Below, piece by piece: positions 37,333 through 50,811 of a stretch of DNA of 64,000 nt. The notes under the pieces were generated by a model. That model worked only from the letters and a program-made list of their open reading frames with translations, had not been told where the DNA came from and did not search any database. The stretch is from positions 16,988,001 to 17,052,000 of the forward strand of contig OZ024753.1 of NCBI GenBank assembly GCA_964016885.1, given 5' to 3'. Position numbers and translations under genes: made by a program. Source of the DNA: Eledone cirrhosa (lineage: Eukaryota). Numbering within the stretch: position 1 is the first letter of the stretch; every line of letters begins with the position of its first letter.

Positions 37333-37393
37333 TATTTTATTATATATATTTCAAGGGTACCAAAATTTTGGTTCGCTCTCATCAGATAAAATA
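37333..37393 (-). ncRNA. Minimal hammerhead ribozyme motif, paralogue of 35801
   Basis: Reverse complement reads TATTTTAT CTGATGA GAGCGAACCAA..TTGGTACCCTT GAAA TATATA TA ATAAAATA. Confidence 0.8.
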
Positions 37394-37528
37394 TAGAAAT
37401 TGTTTTATAAATATTGACATATCCCAAAACAAGAACTTATCGTTTTAAGTTCATTTTGGATATAAACATATATCACACCTACGTGTTACACCGTCTTTGT
37501 TATATGATATATATACTCTATATATATA

Positions 37529-37566
<38 letters not shown>

Positions 37567-37568
<2 letters not shown>

Positions 37569-39845
37569 CGAAGGAATTGTGGTAAGGAACCAGATGGACC
37601 ATAACGCATCAGAGTACTCAATACTTAGAGTAGTAGAGTGGGTAATAGGAAAAAAGGATGACCCCGACGGCAGAGCTCAAGCCGTTTCGACGGCTATTTC
37701 TGGACTAAATTAGAATGTTTAGCCTGGTAAATAAATAGCGGAACTTGTCAAGGAGTACTTCTTTATATGGGAAGATTGTAGTTGTTGAGAGGATTGGTCA
37801 ACATTTGTTGTAAATACAAATAAGTCTATCACGGCATTTGGTGGGAGGTAGGGGTGGCTGAACTTGCCTGTAGAACAACGAGGGAGTGAGTGGAGCCGGT
37901 CAAGCGTTGAAAGTGAAATCTATACAGCAGATTCTAAGAATAGTGTATGAAAAGACGAAAAATTGTTCTGGAGAAAATGGAGGAGGGAGGTTATAGAATA
38001 GGTAAGTCAAATGAGAGTAGGAGACAATAAAAAATAATAAAAAGAAACATAAAAAAAATATTAGATAGTAAGAAAAGAATAAAAAAAACCCCAGCAGAGT
38101 CTAGAAATAGCTGCTCTAATTAGTAGGTGTTGCTTGTACGGCCAAAGCTATAGAAAATGTTAATAAGTTGAGAATGGAAAATAAATACGAAATTGTAGAA
38201 GTGGGTAGTGAAAAAATATAATGCAAACTTTTCAGAGGTCTAACACAGCTGCTATAAATAGTTAGTAAAGCGTAATCCGCCAATGTTATCTTACAATTAC
38301 AGGTTAATAAGTTGAGAATAGAAAATATTAAATAAGAAATTTTAAAATTGTAGACTTGGAGTAGTAACAAAAATGATACAAAATTACAGGGGTCTAACAC
38401 ATTTGCTATAAATGGTTACTAAAGCGTATTCGGCCAATTCTATCTTAAAATTACAGAGGCCCGATGGGCTGCATCGGGTAGGCGAAAGGGGAAAAACAAA
38501 CTAGGAAGAAGATCAGGGGTGGAAGGAAGTGATAGGATGAGACAGGGGGAAGAAGAAAACATAGAGGAAAAGAAAAGAGGTACATCTACCTATGTAAGCT
38601 GGGGTTTCCCCTAACTTATTCGGCAAGTGGGGGTATCAGCCCTTGTCTACCCACCCGGGTCGTTATGGGGTTTGAGGGCGAGGTAAGTCCTACGCAATCT
38701 GTGTTTGCATGCGGTTACCAGTTCGTCTTTATTGTTTAGGAGTTGGTCCTTCGAAAACAGCATTTGTAATGTTTCCTCCGAGCATAAGTTACACGGACGG
38801 CGTCCTCCCGTGTAAGAGTTAGCTCTGCACAGTAAGCTCCAAGTGAGATTGTAGGTTATATTATTATCTTTGAAGTCTTAGATGTGGCCCGAAAGTGTAG
38901 TGGCGTGTCGCCGGACCGAGTTTCGAAAAGTATGTCGGTGTTGGCAGTGTTAAAGTCACAAGCGGTTAATCCTATATGAGCTTTGTTGGAAGTGTCCACC
39001 CTCACGTTGAGCTGGTAGATCACGTTACGTTATCGGCATCTGTTGTTGAGGGGGCACGTAGATCTATCAGGGCAGTTACACCTCCTGGTCGGCTCTCCAC
39101 TGATGTCTAGGTTGTTTCTTCCATAGGGGTTAAGTATTTTGTTGTTTGAGGAGACGCTGTTTTGTGCGAAGTTACGTGTGGTGCTATAGGAGAGTTTGAT
39201 GGTATTTTTGTTCATTATGTTGTGGGAGCGGTGTTGTAGTGGGAAGTGTTTTTCGAGGAGCCTAAAGATTTTACCGATAGGTGTTGCCACCTCGGCATTG
39301 TGGGGAGTGTTGAACCACGTTACGTTGCGTAAGCGGCGGTGTCGCCTGCTGGTTTCGCTAAGGAAAACTGGATAAAAGGATATTTCCTTCCGGAAGCCAC
39401 TCCGCTTGAGGGCCTGGTTGTAATGAGGCGCATGTTCGTCGAATATCTGCTCATTAGCAGACAAACGAGATATGCGGAGGGAGATGTTTTTAACCAGGTT
39501 ATTGGTGATATTTCTAGGATGGTTAGAGCGGCGGTGGATGTAGTGCAGGTTTTTGTTTGGTTTCCTGTATGGGTAGTAAAGATCATTTTCGAGGTTAAGG
39601 GTACCTCCAGGAAATTGACTCGGGTTAGGGACGTTTGTAGGGTGATTTTAAATCCCCAGTCCCGGAAGAAGTTGATTAGTTGTTTACGGACCCGGTCTGT
39701 ACTACTGGGGCTGTACACTTTGAGGGTGAGGAGCCCATCATCTCGGTACAATCCACCGCCGAATGCAGGCAACATTCCGGTGAGTTTAAATAGTAGGAAT
39801 AATCCTATAAGATCTGTGACCTCGGCCAGGAAGTCTGAATATAAT
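37567..39845 (-). mobile_element. 5'-truncated, frameshifted Penelope-like retroelement (Nematis-type RT plus GIY-YIG) with a long 3' UTR ending in the family A sequence
   Basis: Translated motifs AEVTDLIGLFLL..GLYRDDGL, VNFL, WFNTPHN..V.TPIGK, NKNTIKLSYS, CNC...CPL...C, NVIYQ and CNLC.EE...LLN.KDEL...CKH. Confidence 0.9.
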
Positions 39846-39955
39846 TGTTTCTACTTTAGGCACAAGGCCAGCAATTACCCAGTGTATTACTGGTACTTTA
39901 TTTTATCGACCCCGTAAGGATGAAAGGCAAAGTTAACCTCGGCGGGATTTGAACT
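39846..39955 (-). mobile_element. 5'-truncated SINE A
   Basis: 19-bp TSD CAGGAAGTCTGAATATAAT at 39827 and 39956. Confidence 0.93.
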
Positions 39956-40341
39956 CAGGAAGTCTGAATATAATGATTAGATAAAAGATCAGACATGGTC
40001 ACAGTCGTTATTTTAATAGAAACTGTTTGGGAGAAGGGCTTGTCCCTTTTTATAAATATATATACACACACATATATATATATACACACACATATATACA
40101 CACACATACGTATATACATATACATATACACACACATACATATATACTCATACATACATATATACACACACATACATATATACTCATACATACATATATA
40201 CATACACATACACACACATACATATACACACACACATATATACACACATATACACACACATATATACACACATATGCGCACACATATATACATACAGTGT
40301 GAAGCGCTGTTGTTGCAGATGATGTTGAGGAAACGAAAAGG

Positions 40342-41091
40342 GTGGTAGTAGTGTTGGTGGTAGTGTTGGTTGTAGTGGTGGTGGTAGTATTGGTGGTAGT
40401 CTTGGTGGTGGTAGTAGTGGTGGTGGTGGTAGTGTTGGTGGTAGTGTTGGTGGTGGTAGTAGTATTGGTGGTAGTGTTGGTGGTGGTAGTAGTGTAGTGT
40501 TGGTGGTAGTGGTGGTGGTCGTGTCGGTGGTGGTAGTAGTGTTGGTGGTAGTGTTGGTGGTGGTAGTAGTGTAGTGATGGTGGTAGTGTTGGTGGTAGTG
40601 GTGGTGGTAGTTGTGGTGGTGGTAGTAGTGGTGGTGGTAGTAGTGTAGTGATGGTGGTAGTGTTGGTGGTAGTGGTGGTGGTAGTTGTGGTGGTGGTAGT
40701 GGTGGTGGTGGTAGTAGTGGTGGTGGTAGTAGTGGTGGTGGTAGTGTTGGTGGTAGTTTTGGTAGTAGTGTTGGTGGTAGTAGTGTTGGTAGTAGTAGTG
40801 GTGGTGGTAGTGCTGTTGTTGTTGGTGGTGGTGGTGGTGCTGGTAGTGATGTTGGTGGTGGTGCTGGTAGTGATGTTGGTTGTGGTGGTAGTAGTAGTGG
40901 TGGTGGTAGTGTTGGTGGTAGTAGTGTAGTGGTGGTGGTGGTAGTAATAGTAGTGGTGATGGGTGTAGTGGTGGTGGTAGTAGTAGTAGTGGTGATGGGA
41001 GTAGTGCTGGTGCTAGTAGTAGTGGTGGTGGTGGTAGTGGTAATAGTAGTGATGGGAGTAGTGTTGGTGGTGGTAGTGGAGGTGGTGGTGG
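40342..41091. repeat. (GGT/AGT)n degenerate trinucleotide repeat
   Basis: Direct. Confidence 0.95.
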
Positions 41092-41241
41092 ACAAGGTTA
41101 GACAGCAATAGGAGGTGTCGGTAGCCGTCTAAATCTTTACCAATTGTCCAGTCTACATTAAGTTGTACTCTGGACTAATTGGAAAAGTTCGCTAGAACGT
41201 GTCAAGCGTACTTAGATTTTAAGGTTTCATATATATATAGG

Positions 41242-41273
<32 letters not shown>

Positions 41274-41425
41274 GTATGTATATGTATGTGTATCAATGTA
41301 TATATATATAGGTATATATATATATATGTATATATATACCTATATATATATATATATATATTATATATATGTATGTATATGTATGTGTATCCATGTATAT
41401 ATATATATGCATATATATATATACG

Positions 41426-41457
<32 letters not shown>

Positions 41458-41689
41458 CGTGTGTGTATATATACATAAACACACACACGTATGTGTATTT
41501 ATATATATATACGTATATGTGTGTATATATATATATATATGTATATGTGTATATATATATATACATTCACATACACATATATATATATATACACACATAC
41601 GTATTTATATATATATGTATATATATACACACATACGTATATATATATATATATATACATACATACGTATATATATATACATACATACG

Positions 41690-41753
<64 letters not shown>

Positions 41754-41777
41754 ATATACACACATATATATACATAT

Positions 41778-41826
<49 letters not shown>

Positions 41827-41891
41827 TATATATACATATATACACACACACCCACACATATATATATATATATATATACACAGATATATAC

Positions 41892-41924
<33 letters not shown>

Positions 41925-42021
41925 TGTATATATATACATACACATATAGGTGTGTGTACGTGTGTGCTGAGACGTAGATGTATGAAAAAAATCCCCAGTA
42001 GCCATTTTGTCTAATACTTAC

Positions 42022-42350
42022 CCCCCCACTTTCTTTTTCCTATTATATATTTTAACGGCGTTTGTAAAATTCCCCGCCTTCTTCCTGTCTTCTTCTTTTT
42101 CTTCTTTTTCTTTTTCTTTTTCTTTTTCTTTTTCTTTTTCTTTTTCTCTTTTTCTTCTTTTTTTTTCTTTTTCTTTTTCTTCTTCTTTTTCTTCTTTTTC
42201 ATCTTTTTCTTCTTTTTCTTCTTTTTCTTCTTTTTTGTGTATGGTTTTGCACATACACACGGATACGAACGCGGCGCACTGACACATACACCCGTTCACA
42301 GACAGACGCATATACATATACACACACACACGCATATATATATGCATAGC

Positions 42351-42383
<33 letters not shown>

Positions 42384-42402
42384 GCATATATATATGCATA
42401 GC

Positions 42403-42443
<41 letters not shown>

Positions 42444-42814
42444 GTATATATATATATGCATATCTCTCTATATATATATACACACACATACACACGCATA
42501 TATATATATGCATATATATATACTCACACACAGATATATATACACACATGCATAACTGTGTGTGTGTGTGTAGAGTGAGAAAGAGTGTGTGTATATATAT
42601 GTATGTATGTGTGTCTGTGTGTAGAGAGAGTGTGTATGTGTTTGTGTGTGTAGAGAGTGTGTATGTCTGTATATATGTATGTATGTGTGCCTGTGTAGAG
42701 TGTATGTGTGTATGTGTGTATGTATGTATGTATGTGTGTCTGTGTAGAGTGTGTATGTATGTGTGTGTACGTGTGTATGTATGTATGTGTGTCTGTGTAG
42801 AGAGTGTGTATGTA

Positions 42815-42859
<45 letters not shown>

Positions 42860-43254
42860 TGTGTGTATGTGTGTATATATGTATGTATGTCTAGAGAGGA
42901 ATGTGTGTGTGTATGTATGTGTGTGTGTGTAGAGAGAGAGAGAGATTGTGTATGTGTGTATATATATATGTGTGTATGTATGTGTGTGGTGAAGGCTATC
43001 CAATTCTCACCTCTCTCCGTCAAATGGTTTGCACCTTCCACACAAAAGAGGTAATATGACCGCCATCAAAATGTTGTTTTCTCCCTCACCGTAAAAGATG
43101 GCCACCAGATAGGAAGAAGGTGTATGGACTGTGTAGAAATTGAAACCAATATATTATACTTTCTCACTTTCATTCTTTCACTTATTCCTTAGCCTTTCCT
43201 TTAATCTAGCCATTCTTTTTACACCTTTACTCCTCACCGTCTTATAGAAATATA
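42022..43254 (-). CDS. Candidate micro-exons 43254-43238, 43128-43090, 43034-43011, 42084-42022: [48 protein letters not shown]
   Basis: Four strong donors (GTGAGG, GTGAGG, GTGAGA, GTAAGT), all phase 2; introns 109, 55 and 926 nt. The last acceptor is poor (purine tract). Confidence 0.45.
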
Positions 43255-43299
43255 CTTAAACAAAAACACTGAAACTCTCTCTTTTTCTTTCTTCTGTCC

Positions 43300-43680
43300 T
43301 TACCCCTGTTTCTTTGCTGCTTTCTTTCTTTGTTTTTCTTTCTTTCTTTCCTTCTTTCTTTCCTTCTTTCTTTCTTTCCTTCTATGTATCTTTTCTCTTC
43401 TGACTTTCTTGACCTTCGTTGTTGTTGTTGTTGTTGTTGTCCTTTTCTTCTTCTTTCTTCTTTCTTCTTCTTTCTTCTTCTTTTATTTTCTTCTTCTTTT
43501 TCTTTCTTCTTCTTCTTCTTTTTCTTCTTTCTTCTTTCTTCTTCTTTCTTCTTCTTCTTCCTTCTTTATCCTCTTCTTATTATTTTTCTTCTTCTTTCTT
43601 CTTCTTCTTTCTTCTTCTTCTTTCTTCTTCTTCTTCCTTCTTTATCTTCTTCTTATTATTTTTCTTCTTCTTCTTCGTTT
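43300..43680. repeat. (TTC)n/(TTTC)n polypyrimidine microsatellite
   Basis: Direct. Confidence 0.95.
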
Positions 43681-43880
43681 ACTCATTCAATTCCTTCAAT
43701 CGTTTCTTCCGCCTCACTATTGTTTCTTTCACTTTATCTTCCGTTTTTTGTTTCTCCTGAGTTTCTATCTATCTTTTTAAATTGCATTTGTGATAATATT
43801 TTACACGTTTTTATTGTATGTAAACTTCCCCCTTTGTATTTGTCCCCTTCTTTTGTGCCCCTGTGGCTAATAAAGAAACA

Positions 43881-43922
<42 letters not shown>

Positions 43923-44970
43923 CTTGTCTGTCTCTCTCTGTATCTCTTTCTTTCTCGTAACCCCCGTCCTTCACAGACACTTCAAGTGTGACTGTAGGTT
44001 TATAATTTATGTGGCTTTATATTACAGGCGGTATATTACACTTGGTCGTATATTCATATATTATATACGATTTATGTGAGAAAGCGCTTGTTTTAGTTGT
44101 TTGTGTGTTCAGCTCACGATTGTGAAGTCGTGAGTTCAATTCCTAGATGGTGTGCCATACTGTGGTCCTTGAGCATGACAGTTTATTTCACGTTGCTTCA
44201 GTTCACTCAACTGGCAAATATGTATTGTACCTGTAAGTCATGCGATCTTATGTCATACAACCTTATATGTGGTGTTAACAGATTCTATCTCTAAAGTCGG
44301 CCTCGCGGCCAGAGTCTCATCAATGCGTTGGCATTAAACGACTGAGAGTACATAACTTCCCCGTGGACAAGACGCCAGTCCATCGCAAGGTTACCCCCCC
44401 CCCCCCCAACTATTTCTTGTATTCATTTTCAGCTGACTATACTGGAGTGTTTTGCTCAAGAACACAACATACAACCTAACTCAGGAATCGAACACCCACG
44501 ATATTATGATCGTAATCCCAACATCCTTACCACTAGGGCATGTGCCTCCACTATCGTACTACATGGGGCTTTCTCTATCACATCACCCCCCCCTCTCTTA
44601 GAAAAGCTCACGCTGCATAATGTATTCCGAGGTCAGATTCCATACACAGTGTGAAGACGAGTGGCCTTAGGGTTGATATATTCGGTTCGCGATCACTCTG
44701 CCATTAGTCCAATTCCTGGCGGTGCGTTGTGTCCTTGGGCAAGACAATTCATTTCGTGTTATTCCAATTCATTTAAAAGGGAATAAAGAGTTTCTGTAAA
44801 ACAGGCAAGCCATGTCATATCCTGTGACACGCTCAATTTCCCTGAGAACTACGTTAAAGGATCACTTGTTTGTTGAAGACTCAGAAGCCTGCTCAAGCTA
44901 TTGATCGGTTAACTGGAAAAATCATCGTCGAATCCAACATAGGCCTATTACATATGTTATCTCTCACGCA

Positions 44971-45119
<149 letters not shown>

Positions 45120-45747
45120 AGTATACGTCAACAAGTTAAAATAAACTTTGTCCATTCATAGTTGCTGTTATATATATTTCAGTGACAACTCTTATGCAAC
45201 AGCTACGACCTCGTCAGACAGTTAGAGTTTGAACAGAAAAAAAACATAAAAACATAAAGATGAAATAAAGCTTCTGTTGTTTCGATTCATTGATATGCTC
45301 CAGGCTGAAATTTGGTGTTGCTTTATTAAGGCTCCGGCAGCATATATATATATAGACCCCCATCGTCCATGATTGGCCGTGGGTTTAATCTGAACAGTTC
45401 CTCTCCTAGTTTCAAGCTTGCTGCACAATTGATTTTTTGGTGTTCTCTGGCAGACAATTATCCTTGTATACCAGCCTCCCCTCTTCCCTTGATATTGGCT
45501 CCTGAAGTTTCTGTCTACGAAATACCACTTAGAACTCATTGGTCAAACTAAAGTAACAATTGGAACCAACGTACCAACACGCCGTGTGATTGAACCCAGA
45601 AATACCTGGTTGCTAAGCAAACTCATTAAACATGTAGCCATGCCTGGCCGTGTGGCGTATCAATTTACGATCCAATATCGTTTTGAAAAACCATACCAAA
45701 ATAAGAATTTCTTCAGATCCATAAGTTAGGCGATAAAATAATAAATA

Positions 45748-45902
45748 ATTGTTTCTACTTTAGGCACAAGGCCAGCAATTACCCAGTACATTACTGGTAC
45801 TTTATTTTATCGACCCCGAAAGGATGAAAGGCAAAGTTAACCTCGACGGGATTTGAACTCAGACCGTAAAGGGGCGTAACTATGCTAGAAAGCATGGCGT
45901 CG
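45748..45902 (-). mobile_element. SINE A copy (others at ~33140-33255+, 46596-46712+, 56342-56525-)
   Basis: Family A core with A/T-rich TSD-like flanks. Confidence 0.9.
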
Positions 45903-45959
45903 AAATAAATAATAAGATATAGAAACAATGTTTTAGTCTGCTTCAGGAATGGAAAATGG

Positions 45960-46470
45960 AATTATTACAGGATCCACATGACAGGTGCAATGTGTCCGAA
46001 CACGGAAGAACCGAACTCCCACCGTCATCGCCCCCATCTCTCTCGTCCTCCCCATCTCTGGTGCAATGTGTCCGAACACGGAAGAGCCGAAATTCCACTG
46101 TCATCGCCTCCATCTCTCTCGCCCTCCCCATCTCTCTGTATAGTGAGCAAATGGGGTACCACGTGCTGCCCCCCCCATACACAGCCCCGGCGGACAGAAT
46201 GGAGAAGGCGTTTCCCCGGAGGATGGTAAGGGATATGCGATGGAAGAGCCATTCCATTTCGCGAGGCTCACACATGCGGCTGGTCAGCTCAGCGCCTATG
46301 ATGGTGAGTGGGGAGGTAGCCCTAGGGCCAAGGACACCAGAAGTCTCCACTGGCAAGGGCACGACCACGAACCTGTCAGAAAGCGACCGGTACTTGGAAA
46401 GTTTGTCCTCCTCAGCCCAAAGTGCAGCCGAACCTGGGTTAGTTGCAGACTGCGCCAGGTTCTGTTGTGT
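45960..46470 (-). mobile_element. CRE-clade non-LTR retrotransposon 3' fragment (RLE endonuclease C-terminus)
   Basis: AEEDKLSKY....FVVVPLPVETSGVLG...E..WLFHRISLTILRGNA. The 3' UTR has a 76-bp tandem duplication, and a related fragment lies at ~56005-56060. Confidence 0.8.
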
Positions 46471-47529
46471 ATAGTATATAATGTATATAAAATATATGAA
46501 ATATATGAAATATATGTTGAAGGTTAAGACAATGTGAAATGAACGGTAAAATGAAGGCAATAAAAAAGTTTGTTACCTGGTATTTATCTTTAGAGTGTCA
46601 GACGCCATGCTTTGCAGCATTACCTTTCATCCTTACGTGGTCGATAAAATAAGGTACCAGTAATACACCGAGATAATTGCTGGCCTTGTGCCAAAAGTAG
46701 AAACAATTATTATCTTTTTTTTTTTTGTTTCGTCCTAATATTTCGGGACTCAAAAATCCCTCCCTCAGAATATTAGGAACTCTCAGAACAAAACCCTCCG
46801 GTTTTATCGCTTCCAAATTTGCTGAATAAACAATAAAAAGATGAAGTAAAATAATGTAAAATAAAATGGAATTCAGTTTAAGAGAACGAGGAGTAAAGAG
46901 GAAGTTACACAGTTTAATCTGTTCAACAGAATAAATAGTATTTCAGCTTTGTCGTGTTGATTAAGTCTTTAATCTGAGGTTGATAAATAGGAGCGGAGAG
47001 AGAGAGAGGGGGTATTTCTTATATGACACGACAAAAATCTCTTGGCGACTTAACCTCTTCCCACCTCATTGGAAATAATTTATTAAATCCGCCCCTGTCC
47101 GTTGCCTCCTCCCCCGCAAACAAACAATCAACCCCGTATGTATGTGTGTGTGCGTGCGTGCGTGTGTGTGTGTGTGTGTGTGTGTGTTTAAAAAAAAGGC
47201 GGAGGATCTCAGCCGAATCAACGGCCATCCAAATAGTTATTTTTTGTTGTTAATTTTCTTTTCACCTGGGAGTGAAAGGCCCACAGTTGTTGTCACAACA
47301 CCTTTCTAAGAGAGGGAAACTCTGAAAAAGACCTGCGGCTTCGGAAACATCCGATGATGTTGACCAGTTCTCCTTTTCGGGTAGTGTTTTCGATGCTCAG
47401 AGAGTGGGATTGGTCGAGTGCAAGGCCTTTCCCCACTTAAAAAAACCTTCAAAGCACAGGCATTGCTTGTTAGGATATGTTACAGGTTCGTGTGGCTGGC
47501 CGTAGCCTAAAAGTGCACCATTTTCTGTA

Positions 47530-49030
47530 ATCTGACAAGCGATTGCAATACTCTTAGCAGAGTTTGCAGCCATCATGAATGTATGTATGTATGTATGTAT
47601 GTTCTTTCTTCTGGTTTTATAATTATAGAAATGTTTACCAATAGAGAGAGAGAGTCGGGTTCTAACATAGATACAAGACTCTCTCATTGGAATTTACACA
47701 ACATCAACTAGGTAGATATGTATGTCTACATGCATGTGTGTGTGTGCAGGTATGGATGTTATTGAGTGTGGATGTGTATATTTTGAGTTGTATGTGTGCA
47801 TGTGCATATGCTTTGTATCCATACAAGTGTATATGCAGTTATTAGATGCAACATTTTTGGAATGTTTTATATATTTCCACTGTTCCATTAATGGATTGTA
47901 CTTGTAATTTCCTAACTAGATTTGTATTGAGGCAGTTACTAACATAATCCAGTGCCCCAATAATCACAGGCATAAATCTGAAGGTATAGTCAGGGTGGAG
48001 TGACTGCAGATTTTTCATTAGTTCTGCATGAATATTCTCCTTTTCGCTAATCTTTGATATTATATTGGCATCTGCCGGGCAGCTAACTTCCACTACTGTG
48101 CATGCCTTCTTTTCCCTGTCCCATATCATTATATCTGCATTTTATTGGGGTTTTACTGGAACATTCCACCAATACTCTTTGATATTATGTATATGTATGT
48201 TTTCCACATTGCTGTAGCTTTTAATGTGTTTATTGTCGGGGCTAACTTTTCTACGGATTGCATTGTACAGTGTTTTGGCCACTACATCATGCCTCATAAG
48301 TAGATTGTACCGCGATGACATCTTTGGACAGCTGCTTATGACATAGGGGACATCTTCGATGTTAATTCTGCAGAGTCTGCACTTCTCACATCTAGATGTT
48401 TTGCCTGCATCCCTTTCTCTTTTGTGAATCAGGTATTTCGTGTTGATTTCCTGTTCTTGGATTGCAAAAGCGTATCCTTCAAAGTGGGAGCCAATATAGC
48501 GGTTGTTGGTCCAAGATAGACTACTTTCCTTATCTATATTATTCTCACTCTGGAGCTTCCTAGCAATATATCCATGCATGATTTTTTGCTGATAAGCATG
48601 CAGTTTTTCATCCATGGATTCACTGCGGTACTGCTGAGCAATTTCCCTGGGTCTGAGTTTTTGATTATCACACGGGGAATATCTTTCAAGGAGTTCCATT
48701 CCTTCCCAACTCTCATGATCTTATCTGTCTCATGCAGAGAGACGGGCTCCTACGCTTCGAGGTTCGTAGATGTTGTCGGAGGGATATGATGCGACACCCG
48801 CATGCTGTCTGGACTGATGTTAGGCCTCTGTCTCCCTGCTTACGTTTCAAGTAGAGGCGGTCTATGTCACTGTTGATGTGGAAGTTTCCGGAGTTTAGTA
48901 TTTTTCGAGACCTAACATCAATTGCTCGGAATTCATCAATCGTCCAATTGAGTATTCCAAACGTTGGTGTTAGGACAGGCACAGCAAACACATTGTGAGT
49001 CACTTTTTATTGTGCGCAGAGAGTTCCGAT
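47530..49030 (-). mobile_element. R4/Dong-clade LINE, 5'-truncated and frameshifted
   Basis: FGILNW...D.RSRK..DRLYLKRKQG.RGL; AIQEQEI.TK; CRLC...(H)..S.C zinc knuckle; RHD.VA; WWN; DI.IWD..VEVSCP RLE motif. Confidence 0.9.
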
Positions 49031-49120
49031 GACCATATCTTTCTTAATCGGGTGTAGTATTCCCTGGTTACGCGGTCCTTATTACAAATACCATTGTATG
49101 TATGTATGTATGCATGCATG

Positions 49121-49160
<40 letters not shown>

Positions 49161-49956
49161 GATTTTACCTTGCCAGTCATTTTCAATTATTGTTGTTGTC
49201 ATTGTTGTTATTGTTATTAGTTTTCTTGTGTTTGTTGTTGCCCGACATCGTATTCAAAGCTTCTTCTTCTTCTTCTTCTTCTTCTTCTTCTTCTTCTTCT
49301 TCTTCTTCTTCTTCTTCTTCTTCTTCTTCTTCTTCTTCTTCCACACAAGTAATGCTCCCTTGATATACTTTGTAGCTAAAACTTGCATAAAGAAAAATAA
49401 TAATAACGAATACAACAAAAGTAAAAAAAAAAAAGACCTTTCCTTCCCAACACACTAACTCGAAACCTCCACAAAACACACACACACATACACATGCACA
49501 AATACACATATGAACACATACACATATGCACACATACGCACACACACAACAAAAGCAAAAAAAACAACCTCTTCTTCCCAACAAACTAACCCGTAACCCC
49601 CTCCCCCACACACACTCACACACGCCCGCTCACGCACACGCACATACATAAATATGGACACATACACATATGCACGCATAGGCATACATACATACATACA
49701 CAACAAAAGCAAAAGAGGCCTTTTCTTCCCAACAAACTAACCCGTAACCTCACACTCACACACTCACACTTACACACACACACTCTCTCACACACACACA
49801 CACTCACACTCACTCACACACACTCTCTCACACACACACACACACACAAACCACACACACACACTCACACTCACACACACACTCACACACACAAACAACA
49901 CACACACACACACACAAACAACACACACACACACATAAAACAGGCCCAAATTGTAG

Positions 49957-50188
49957 GAAAGTTCGGCAGTATTGGTTTAAAATAACATTGGAAACAAAAG
50001 AGATACGACTGCTTCTATGTGTGTAGTGCAAGAAAGAAAGAAATGATTCGAAGCGAGGGTTAGTCGCCATTGTGTTGAACATTCAGACGAACGGACAGAT
50101 GTAAAGAAGATCGATCACGTGACCAGGATCAAATTTGTTGTTGTAAGGGATCTTCTTTCAGAGAAGAAACCAATCCACTCGACTATAA
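49957..50188 (+). CDS. Candidate micro-exon cluster (49957-49968, 50027-50058, 50087-50142, 50162-50188): KVRHARKKEMIRSEDERTDVKKIDHVTRIKFVVRRNQSTRL*
   Basis: GT-AG introns of 58, 28 and 19 nt chain in phase. Fitted by eye only. Confidence 0.25.
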
Positions 50189-50766
50189 AGTGATTGTAGT
50201 TTCGTTTCGGTTTGTAATTTGAGAAATACGGGCACACGCTAGAAGTTGTTTTTTATTAAGAAGCATTATGTACGTATGTGTGTGTGTATGTATGTGTGTA
50301 TGTACTATGTATGTGTGTATGTACTATGTATCTGTGTGTGTACGTATGTGTGTGTGTACATGTGTGTGTGTACACTTGCGTAAAATAATACACGAAAAGT
50401 ACATACACACGCATATATATATATAGTAATAATAATAAATTTGAAGACTAAATTCCAAAGAGGGCTCGATAAGGATAAATATATATCAAATATATAAGAA
50501 CTGTAGAGCAAATATTTATTAAATAACGTATGATATATATATATATATATATATATATATTTCGTTTCTGAATTTGTTTAGCAAGATTCTTTATCTGAAA
50601 TCGTGTGTTGAAACCGATATTGTTATACTTTGGGAGGGTCATGTTGCCAATAAGGAACACACGCACCAGTTGCTTTCACTTCAATTTATTATATATTTAT
50701 AAATTTATAAATTTATAAATTTCTGGTTGGTTGGTTGGTTCCACAACCAGATAGTTGTTTATATAT

Positions 50767-50811
50767 AGTCATAGTCCTTTCGTAACACACTCTGTGACCT
50801 CTTCAGTGACT
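50767..50811 (-). ncRNA. Minimal hammerhead ribozyme motif (left arm)
   Basis: Mirror of 52254-52298 with one stem II substitution. Confidence 0.75.

Noticed and set aside
45183-45545. Exon-like plus-strand segments (VTTLMQQLRPRQT; DNYPCIPASPLPLILAPEVSVYEIPLRTHW)
   Set aside because: Acceptors are good, but donors are weak and I could not link the segments in phase or recognise the peptides.
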